Assembly: GCA_964016885.1 (NCBI GenBank)
Contig: OZ024743.1
Coordinates: forward strand, 182,156,001-182,220,000
DNA length: 64,000 nt
Reading direction: 5' to 3'
Origin: Eledone cirrhosa
Lineage: Eukaryota
Shown here: positions 53,701-64,000 of the stretch, piece after piece
Numbering within the stretch: the first letter of the stretch is position 1
Layout of the letters: each line of letters starts with the position of its first letter
Translations under genes and position numbers: made by a program
The notes under the pieces: model-generated
What the model saw: only the letters and a program-made list of their open reading frames with translations
Told to the model about the DNA's origin: nothing
Databases searched by the model: none

Positions 53701-56700
53701 TGAGCATTTCAACAAAAAAAAAAATAGCAAAACACTTAATTCTTAACGTCCTGTACCACATTAACTCTTAACATCTTGTACCACATTAACTTTTAACATC
53801 CTGTGCCAATTTTGTCCATATGAGTATGGAAAAAAACAATTATAGTAATGGTTCGGGCAGAATTTGTAGAGTATCAGGCATGCTTCGTGACAGAGTTACG
53901 TCCCTTTACATTCTGAGTTCAAATCCTGTCGAGGTTAGCTTTCCCTTTCATTCTTACGGGGGTCCATAAAATAAAGTACCAGTAATGTACTAGGGTTGAT
54001 TTAATCAACTTTCCCCTCCCCCAAAATTGTTGACCTTGTGCCTAAATCAGGAACCATTATTACCGCAGTCAATAGCCAGCAACACCCCATGGAAAAGAAG
54101 CGGTCAGTGAAGTGAAGTCCCCATATATGGATATTTTCTGCTTCTCTGCCCAGGATTCTCACCAAAGCAACAAGGGTCTAACCAACACAGCAAAAAATGT
54201 TTAATTTCATACCTGATCTGCAATTAATTTAAATATTGCTGTCTTTTTACCAACACCAAACAATCTTTCCATCGTCAGATACCATGTTCTTAGAGTAGGA
54301 CCCTAGTGAAAATTATTAAGTACACTAATAAAAATTGTAAATACTTCAACAAAATAAACATTACCACAACAATAAGACATGTTAACACTTTTGATACCAA
54401 ACTGGCTGAAATTGGCCTCATTCTATGATAGTAACTTGTTTATTTTCATGTGTTTATCTAAAAAAGAATTTATGTAAGAACCTTTGTTAAGTTATGTTCC
54501 ACACACCAGCTTAATAATAAGAAAGTTAATTATATTACTAAATCCCTAAACAATTCATGATTATTTTCAAATTTATTTGAAAACTAAGTAATGTTTTTCA
54601 TTAAAAATATGGTGACAAAGAAGGTTATATGATAGCAAGTGTTAAAGAAATATAATATTTACACTTTCCTGGCTTTTGTACATTAGTCTATGTACTATAC
54701 ATGCACGTTTGATGAGTTGTAGTGCTCCTGAGCACTACATAATAATTTTCATTATTATTTATATCAATTGCCGGTGGATTGGCAGTATCGGTAGAGGATC
54801 GGACGCCATGCTTTGACGCATAGAGTTATGGCCCTTGCCATTCTGAGTTCAAATCCCGCCGAGGTTAACTTTGCCTTTCATCCTTACGAGGTCGATAAAA
54901 TAAAGTACCAGTAATGTTCTGGGTAATTGCTGGCCTTGTGCCAAAAGTAGAAACAATTATTATTTATATCAATTGATTTTAAATCTTTAAACATAAGTTC
55001 CAGCTCTGCTCTGCTCTGATTCAGTGGACTTTTCGTATGAGATATTCTAACCACGACCATAAAATCATTTTCAGGCATTGTCTACCCCAGACCACATTAT
55101 TCAATACATCCTTTTTAAAGACATGTGATTTGAGGAAGATTTGTTTAACATTTCTGGCAGTTGAAGCAAACAAGTAAAAGGTTCCACTTTAGTGTTGTAA
55201 TACCAACAGGTGATAATGAGCCCTATAATCTACTGAGCTATAAGGGAATCAAGGTAGACTTCATGTCATCATCATCATCACCACTGTTTCATGTCTATTT
55301 TCTATGCCTACATGGGTTAGAGAAGGCATGTAGCTTTGTGGTTAGAGTATTCAGCTCACAATCATAAGGTCATGAGTTTGATTCCCAGCAGCACATTGTG
55401 TCCTTGAGCAAGACACTTTATTTCATGTTGCTCCAGTCCACTAAGCTGCCAGGAATGAGTTGTACCTGTAATTTGAAGAGCCAGCCTTGTCACATTCTGT
55501 CTCATGCTGAATCTCCCTCAGAACTAGATTAAGGGTATGTGTATCAATGGAATGCTCAGCCACTCTCATGTTAATTTCATGAGCAGGCTGTTACGTAGAT
55601 CATACCAACAGGAATACTCATCGTCATAACTGACGGAGTGCCACTACTACAACTACTACTACTACTACTACCACTTCTACTACTACTATTACTGCTGTTG
55701 TTACTACTGCTGCTGCATGGGTTAGATGGTCTTTTGTGTTATGATGTCAGACAGGTCAGGTGACTATGTCTAGCTGATATGCAGGGTTGGATTCAGGTTT
55801 GTGGAGAATCTCATACACACAGCACCTCCTTCCCTCAATTTTACATCATCATCATCACCGTTTTACGTCCGTTCTTCCACGCTAGCATGGGTTAGACGGG
55901 TTGTCCTGTTGTGGGCAGTGTCTGGTCGGCTGACCATGCCTTGCTCATACAGGAACTGATCTGGCTTGATTTCTACAGCTGGATGCCCTTCCTAACACCA
56001 ACCTCATTTACAGTGAGTGCTGGGTGCTTTTTCGTGGCGCCTACACGTCCACTTTACAGTGTGGGCTGGGTGCTTTTTTGCCGTGGCACCTCCACGACCA
56101 CCTTGCGGTGGGGGGGGGGGGGGGGGGGCATATTGTTTATATGCTTCAGCATGTACCCATGGGAGGTCGGGTACCCTGTATTACTGCATGACGCCAGAAG
56201 TCACGGTCGTGTGTCATTGACTTTGAGAGGTGTAGTTGGGTAAGGTCGGCTTTTATCACCTCATCCCAAGTCATCTTGGGTCTCCCCACTCCGCGGTTTC
56301 CATCAACTTCTAGTGCTCTGCACCTTTTTATGCAGCTGTCATCCTTCATACGCATCACATGTCCATACCAGCGTAACCGCCTCTCCTGCACGCAGCATTT
56401 GATTCCTCTTATGCTCAGTCTCTCTCTCAATTCATTTATGCTTTGTCGTTCGCGTATATTACTGTTACACATCCATCGGAGCATGCAGGCTTCGTTTCTC
56501 TCTAATCTACGTAAGTCTTCCACCTTCAGCGCCCAGGTCTCACTACCATGCAACATCGCTGTTCGGATACACGCATCATACAGTCTGCCTTTCATTCTGA
56601 GGGAGAAGCCTTTTGCAGCTAGCAGTGGTAGTAGTTCCCTAAACTTCTTCCATCCCGTTCTTACCCTAGTTATTGTACTTTCTGAGCACCCACCTCCGTT

Positions 56701-59074
56701 GCTAATTCGGTCACCTAGGTAGCAGAAGCTGTCTACTGTTTCTACAGGGCCCTCCCAGAGATTGGTGGTACTTGTTTCCTGTGGCTGTTTGCTTGCTGTT
56801 TCAGCACAGCTGCTGCATGTGAATCCTACATTCTTAATTAAGCTTCCTGAGATCCCGCTACATCTCTTGTGTACCCATTGTTTGCATTTGGGGCAAAGAA
56901 TGGAGTTCCTACCTACACCTTTCCTACATACTGAGCAAGGCCATTTCCCTGAGGGGATCTGGGTTCTGTTTTCTCGTCTACTTATAAGGACCTTAGTCTT
57001 TGTCATGTTGACTTTGAGGCCCTTTCTCTCTAGTCCCTGCTTCCAGGTTTGGAATTTATTCTCTAGTTCTACCATAGATTCAGCTATGAGTGCGAGGTCA
57101 TCAGCATACAGGAGTTCCCATGGGCATCCGGTCTTAAACTCCTCCGTTATTGCCTGCAGGACTATGATGAACAGGAGAGGGCTAAGAACAGAGCCCTGGT
57201 GGACCCCAACCTGTACGCTAAATTCCTCGCTATACTCATTGCCAATCCTAACTTTGCTGACTGCTCCCCTATACATGGCTTGTACCGCTTTCACAAGCCA
57301 TTCATCTACTCCTAGTTTTCTAAGAGCCCACCAGATTACTGCACGTGGAACTCTGTCAAAGGCTTTCTCAAGGTCGACAAATGCCAAGTAGAGTGGCTTA
57401 CTTTTAGCTAGGTACTTTTCCTGTAATTGCCTCACAAGGAAGAGCGCATCAGTGGTGCCTTTCCCTGGAACAAACCCAAATTGCATCTCGTCTATATTCA
57501 CCCGGTCCCTAATCAGCTGTGCTATAACTCTTTCTGTTACTTTCATGACCTGGTCCATCAACTTTATACCTCTATAGTTTCCTCTATCTAGTGCATCGCC
57601 TTTACCTTTGTAGCAGTTGACAATGATGCTACTGCACCAATCTTTTGGTATGGCCCCCTCTAGTATTACCTGGTTAACGATACGTGTGGTTATAGTGTGA
57701 CCTACAGACCCAGATGCCTTCAGCATCTCGGCAGCTATACCCGATGGACCGGTTGCCTTCCCTATCTTCATATCTCTGATTGCCTTACTTACTACGCTGC
57801 CGCTGACTTGTACTGCTGGTCCCTCTATAGGGTCTACTAGGGTTTACATATCAAAGTTAGTTTAGTGAAAGTAATTGGAATTGAAAAGTTATACATACAG
57901 GAATTAAATTCAAAAATTCAAACCATCCTAAAACTAAAAAGCCCAGCTGAGGGCACAAATACGGTCATCACTGGTGCCCCCCCCCCCCCTCTCACTGCAG
58001 GGGGTCCTGAGCAATTGCCCTCTCATTAAATCCGGCTCTGCTCATATGTTCTGCATTTGGTTAAGTTTTCTATGGCTGAATCATCACTGCCATCATCACC
58101 ATTTTACATCCATTCTTCTCCACTATCAAGGGTTAGACGAGTTGTTCTCTGCTGTGAAATAGGTACTCCATAGAAGGTGAAGTATGCACAAAGTTCTTGT
58201 TCCAAACTTCCTGCTCTCTCATTGTAGCAAGAAGACTCCTAAAAGTGAGGCCAGGGTCCCTCACCAACAGAGTCTCCTCGATGGTTATGTTTGGAGACAG
58301 CTGTAGAAAACTTGCCAAACAAAAGATTGGGAGGAGTTTTCAGTTTTGTCAAAGGTGACAACTTCACTAATTTTAATAGTTTGATGAAATGCCTGCTCTG
58401 TACTTAGTAGAATGGAGGAACATATGTAAAGAAGATGTGGACCTCTGGCCTATTTGAGAGGTCAGTAGCTCTGATTAACCTGCCGATCACATGTTGGCAG
58501 GGAAAACGGATATTAGATGATGGTAATGATGTTGATTAATAAAGTTTTAGATGGATAGAAAAATAAAGAGATGACATTTTCCAAATCTCAAGAATCCATA
58601 AAGCCAACACTGAATTTTAGTTCCTAGTGTTAAGCAGATGTGAAACAAACTTTCCCCTGGATAGAAACCTGGTAGGAATTAAACTTAACATTGTAAACCA
58701 ATGAAAACATCATTAATTTTGCAGTGTCAATGTTGCTTATGGCAGTGATTTTACACTAACTTCTTATGTATGATTCACAAAACCATTAGAAGACTGACAA
58801 CTAAAATCTGGCCCTGGCTGTGACTCCCATTAAACCTGTTAAAAAACCAAAAGCCTCACAAAAATCAATGAGTGGAATATTCTGTGCACTTGATGACCCT
58901 TTACTTGTGTCAAAAACATGACAACCTCTCCTGTGCACTTGATAGAACATAAGACCCTATGTAAGTGTGATGCTGTTCGCCCATCTTGTCTGGGAGATCA
59001 GTAGCCTCACATCAGTACTGACTTGGTCTATGTAGACCTGTCTAATCCTTGCTAGCAGGGAAAGCTAACATTAA

Positions 59075-59106
<32 letters not shown>

Positions 59107-60855
59107 GATGATGATGATGATGATGTTTTGTTATACAGGCAAAGTTCATTTGTGAAGTGAAGTATTTACCAACACTGACTTGTTAATTAACTACAGATAA
59201 AAAACTTAATGAATTGAAGTCAAGTTATCTCTTGATAACATTCAACAGAGATTTTAATGTCTGCTTACTATGATAAAATACAAAAACACACACAAAAAGA
59301 TATCATTTGTTTTGTAAGAATACGAAGGAAATGAAAGTTTCAGGGCAGTTCTATAGTTTCTGGATCTATAAATACAGGCTGGCTCAAATTTATGATGAAT
59401 TTCCAAAATGTTTTAACAGAAGAAATTGATGGCTATCACTATGGTATGTTATTTTTCTTAGCATTAGTATTATTATTAGTAGTAGTAGTAGTAGAGTGGT
59501 GGATTGGTAGTAATCGGTAGAGCGTTGAACAATATGCTTAGTAGCACAGAGTTTCGTCCTTTTACGTTCTGAGTTCAAATCTCGCCGAGGTTAGCTTTGC
59601 TTTTCACCTATATGGGGTTGATAAAATAAAGTACTAGTAACACACTGGTGTCAATTTAATCGACCTTCACTTCCCAAAAAATTGTTGGCCTTGTGCCTAA
59701 ATCATCATTACTGTTCAATGTCCATTTTCCATGCTAGCATGGGTTAAACACATTGTCCTGTTGTGAGAAGTGCAAGGTCAGCTGACTATGTCTTGCTGAT
59801 ACAGAACTGATTTTAGCTTGGTTTCTACAGCTGGATACCCTTCCTAATGCCAACCACATTTATAGTGTGGACTAGCTGTTTTTTGTCATGACACCAACAT
59901 GACCACTTTGCAGTGTGGGCTGGATTTTATTGTGACACCTACACAACCAATTTACAGTGTGGATTGAGTGCAAACCATTATTATTATTGCCATGCTTTCC
60001 AGCATAGTTACGTCCCTTTACGATCTGAGTTCAAATCCCGCCGAGGTTGACTTTGCCTTTCATCCTTACGGGGTCGATAAAATAAATTACCAGTAATGCA
60101 CTGGATAATTGCTGGCCTTGTGCCTAAAGTAGACACAATTATTATTACTAATACAATGTAATATTGTAATGGGACATTGCTTAGTAATTTGGGTATTCAA
60201 CACATGATCATTGGTTCCCTATAGTGTGTTGTGTCCTTGAGCAAGACACTTTATTTCACATTTGCTCTCAGCTGACAAATTAATTCAAAGGGCCATACTT
60301 GTCACACATTGTATCACACTGAATCTCCCTAAGAACTACATTAAGGGTACATGTTAATTTCATGAGCCAGCTGTTTTGTTAATTGAATCAACTGGAACAT
60401 TCTTCATTAGAACCGAGTGAGGTCCATACACACACTAGGTAATAATTTTAGGAGCCTGTCTTTGCTACAATGAGTAATGGTAGATAATTATCATCACTGT
60501 TTAACGTCCATTTTTCTACGCTAGCATGGGTTAGACGAGCTGTCAAGATGTGAGTCAAACAAGATCAGATGACTGTGTTTTGCTCACATTATGTATTAAT
60601 ATAAATAAACGAATTTACAATGCCTCTGTGTGCAACACAAGCCGCACAAAGACCCTTTGAAAATGGATAATGTTTCAGAAATATATTGGGATTCAATAAT
60701 CATTATTCAGATAAAAAGAATGAAAATGATCAGAAAACTTACCACAAAAATTGTTCCAAAGAAACCAAAACGGGCAGTTCGGATTATGTTGTAATTCTTT
60801 CCTTTACGTTCAACAAGAATTTGAGAGATAACATCCCCAATACTCATTAATGTAG
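50708..60855 (-). CDS. MPV17: MPV17 mitochondrial inner-membrane protein (Mpv17/PMP22 family); first coding exon not found in the window
   Basis: GT-AG exons 60743-60855 (TLMSIGDVISQILVERK...RTARFGFFGTIFV), 54213-54302 (GPTLRTWYLTMERLFG...KLIADQ), 52946-53041 (ACFAPVFLATFICG...), 51935-51967 (NFKPVLMSNYK), 51176-51228 (LWPAVQMCNFYFVPFQYR) and 50708-50777 (ILVVNTTAVGWNTYLAFKTKEE*). AATAAA on the minus strand at 50685-50690. Confidence 0.93.
52573..52623 (-). ncRNA. candidate hammerhead ribozyme, second family (decayed copy at 63224-63275)
   Basis: Minus strand GCATTC-CTGATGA-TTTCATATGAAT-GAAAC-AA..loop..TTGTA-GAAGCC; stem III ACAA/TTGT and a GUA triplet. The stem II closing pair is imperfect. 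Confidence 0.45.
54772..54960 (+). mobile_element. tRNA-derived ATT-tailed SINE
   Basis: 20-bp TSD ATTATTATTTATATCAATTG (54751-54770, 54956-54975). Confidence 0.9.
55326..55645 (+). mobile_element. tRNA-head/CORE-like SINE, another 3' body; related copies at ~45583-45880 and ~60180-60425
   Basis: GTGGTTAGAG A box, GAGTTTGATTCC B box, TGTGTCCTTGAGCAAGACACTTTATTTC, then GCTGAATCTCCC...TTAAGGGTA...GACGGAGTGCC and an (ACT)n tail. Confidence 0.8.
55844..57840 (-). mobile_element. RTE family A, 5'-truncated, uninterrupted RT frame (stop at 56146-56148), in an MPV17 intron
   Basis: 541-aa ORF with complete RT motifs, 3'UTR and (GAT)n tail. TTTACAT flanks both ends (55840-55846, 57843-57849) as a candidate TSD. 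Confidence 0.96.
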
Positions 60856-61217
60856 CTGTCAAAAATATACATAAACAAATTGCACATTATACATAAATAT
60901 ATATATATAACATTGAAAAGAAGACCAAAGACTGTTAATTATAGTAGTTTACTGTAATAAATCTCATATTTTGAGCTGTAATAACTTCTTCACCTTATAT
61001 ATATATAAGTATATTGTTTAATGTCTATTCCTATACAGAAACTGTATAATTTGACAGCTGCAGCTTGAAAAAGTCTGTCTCCTCCATACTCATATTTAGT
61101 GCAGGTTAGCGGTTGGAAAGTATGGGTAATGTCTGAGGTAGGGATTATGGAATATGTCTTAATTCTTATAGAAGCATTTAGTTCTTGATTGGCTTTGCTT
61201 TTAGGAATGTATTTTTT

Positions 61218-62268
61218 ATGATCCTGTGTCATTGACTTTGAGAGGTGCAATTGTGCAAGGTCAGCTTTTATCACCTCATCCCAGGTCTTCCTAGATTTCC
61301 CAACTCCATGGCTTGTCAACTTTGAGCACCCTGCACCTTTTTATACAGCTATCACCCATCATGTGCATCACATTTGTTACCAATGCGATCTCCTTTCCTG
61401 CAGAGTGCATATGATTCCTCTTATGCCCAGTTTCTCTCAGTTCATGTACACTTTGCTGTTCATGTATATTACTATTACACATCCATCGGAGCATGCCAGC
61501 TTAATTTCTTTCCAATCTTCATAGGTCCTCTGCACACAACACCCAGGTCTTACTACCATTGCTGTTCGTATATATGCATCATACAATCTGCCCTTCGTTT
61601 TGATGGAAAAACCTTTTGTAGTTAGCAGCGGTATAGCTCCTTAAATTTTCACCATCCCTTTCTCACTCTGGCTACTGTACTTTCTCCTCCACTGCTAATT
61701 TGGTCACCTAGGTAACAGAAACTATCAACTACTTCTACAGAGCCCTCTGAACATTTGAAAGAGTTTGTATCCTGTGAGCACTTGCTACATACTGCACCTG
61801 TGCATCGGCCACATATAAAACCTACGTTCTTAGCTAACCTACTTGAAATCCTACTACATCTCGTGTACCCATAGTTTGCATTTGGAACTGAGGATGGAAT
61901 TCTACTTACTCTTTTCCTGCACACTGAGCAAGGCTATTTCCCTGAGGGAATTGAGGCTCTGTTTTCCCTTCTACATACTAGGACTTTAGTTTTTGACAAG
62001 TTAACTTTAAGACCTTTTGATTCTAGGCCATGCTTCCAAGTTTGGAATTTCTTCTCTAATTTTGCCATACAGAAGTTCCTTGGGCAGCCAGTCTTAAACT
62101 CTTCTGTTAGAGCCTGCAGGAGAATATTAAACAGAAGATGGGCACCTACCTGCACGCTAAATTCTTTACTATAGTCATTGTTAATTCTCATCTAGCTGAC
62201 TGTTCCTCAAAAATGGCTTGTACTGCCCTTACAAACCATTTGTCTACACCTAGTTTTCTAAGAGCCCA
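61218..62268 (-). mobile_element. old degenerate RTE copy (A/B-related)
   Basis: Frame-shifted fragments [45 protein letters not shown] and [11 protein letters not shown]. Confidence 0.88.
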
Positions 62269-63705
62269 CTATAATTATCTTTCCTTGTTTTTTTTTTCTG
62301 GACTTCTTAGATACTTGAAATCAACTTTTTTTTTAACCCTAACCGGGGGGGGGGGGGGGGGGGGGGCGTTAGCAAGCATCTAAGAGGTCCAGAAAAAAAG
62401 ATGATTATTTTCCACCAAACGCGAGAGCTGCGAAACTCCGATGGTCATTTCTTTTCGTCCGCTTTCACCCACCTTTATTTACAAATCTCGTCGTTTTCGA
62501 CTTATTTGGAGGTCTTACTCATCATCATCATTTTTCCCTGCTTGCATCGTTGATGAAAAAAAATCGTAGGGAAAACTTCGAGGAGGAGGGGGGGGGGGGT
62601 ACTATCTAGGGGGATCCACCCCCTCCGTTTTCTAGGAAAGATTCTGATTGCTAGAATCTTGGAGGTTAGATTAGTTGATAGCACACGAAAAAAAGGGGGG
62701 CAAAAATTTTTCCACTCAAATACCACAGACGCACACATATATATATTCAATTAGAGAAAGTTGGTTGAGAGAAAATCTGCCGACTTTTACATAACAGATG
62801 TCAAGCACTCAACGATTTATGTTTATCCGGAGTTTTATAATGACAATAAACAAGACGTTTACATTACTCCATCCCTTTTTTATTATACGTATTTCGAAGA
62901 CGTTTGGCTTTTGTATAACATCTGCCAACGTGGTCAGATAAAATCCACAGTAGATGTAAATATCCAGTTGATATGCAGCCGGTCATACGAGTTATTCACT
63001 TCAGCGACTGGAAGGTAAAAACCTTACTACCACGCTTCGCGGTTTCGGTTTGTATTCGGTAAGCCCTTTCAAAGGTCTCGGCACCGTAGATTTTATATAT
63101 ATATATATTTGATTGTGTGTGATTAAGATTTTTTTTTTTTACAATGAAACATTGAAGTTTATTTACAGTTGTATAAATAACATTACAAATATGTTTTAAA
63201 TATATAAATAATAATACAAAAAAGGCTTCTGCAGGACTAGAAATGTCTCATTTGGATGAAATCATCAGGAATGCCGGTTGATATATAATTATATATGCGG
63301 TAGATTGGCAGTATCGGTAGAGGGTCGGACGCCATGTTTTGTAGCAAAGAGTTACGCCCCTTTATGGTCTGAGTTCAAATCCCGCCGAGGTTAACTTTGC
63401 CTTTCATCCTTACGGGGTCGATAAAATAAAGCATCAGTAATACACTAGGATAATTGCTGGCCTTGTGCCAAAAGTAGAAACAATTATATATATATATATA
63501 TACAATAGTACAGCATATTCGAAGTTCGATTAGCAGCCAACCCAACGAATGCCTTCAGCTGTGGAGCCAAGCACTCGACAAGGAATAAACCTCAGAGTAA
63601 TAACATACAGTTTAAAGGGCTTTGCAAATTGAAAATAGCGACCTCTAAATTAGCCGCGTGATCTCTAGCAACGAAAGAACTGACTAGTGAGAAAAGGAAA
63701 TACAT

Positions 63706-63736
<31 letters not shown>

Positions 63737-64000
63737 GCATATATATATATATATATATATATATAGCATATATATATATATATATATATATATAGCATAT
63801 ATATATACAAATCAAGATTCACCGATAATCGCATTTTCGGCGGGCAGGAAAAGCGAATATCGAAAGTGAAAATAAGCGATATATATATATATATATATCG
63901 AAAGGAAGAATAAGTTAACACCCCTCTTTTTTTTTTTGCAAAACGTAAACAATTAATATTACTTAATTAACACAACACAATACAATAACGTTAATTTCAT

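Noticed and set aside
56276-57391. Antisense ORFs over the RTE copies (also 3436-4005, 4098-4577, 40522-41190)
   Set aside because: Shadows of the RT frame; recurrence reflects copy identity rather than independent coding.

Overview
AT-rich, microsatellite-dense animal genomic DNA; the repeat families and gene style point to an octopod cephalopod (inference). Four spliced host genes were reconstructed by hand from GT-AG exons, most of which the ORF track misses. (1) POC1, a WD40 centriolar protein: minus strand, 12 exons at 1081-26536, running off the left edge. (2) MRPS14: minus strand, 3 exons at 32099-46653. (3) eEF1A: plus strand, CDS 48335-50273, head-to-head with MRPS14 across a ~280-bp promoter. 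(4) MPV17: minus strand, 6 exons at 50708-60855, tail-to-tail with eEF1A; its first coding exon was not found. The introns hold young RTE-clade LINEs whose RT carries an inserted C4HC3 PHD-like finger, modular tRNA-derived SINEs, MITEs and old CR1/CRE fragments. The 12.4-kb POC1 intron 10 also contains a Penelope-like (Naiad-type) GIY-YIG endonuclease fragment followed by two direct-repeat minimal hammerhead ribozymes (one with an intact core), a 204-bp near-perfect inverted repeat and a G-U-rich hairpin. The very long Y/I/C/V/H/T ORFs are microsatellite artefacts.
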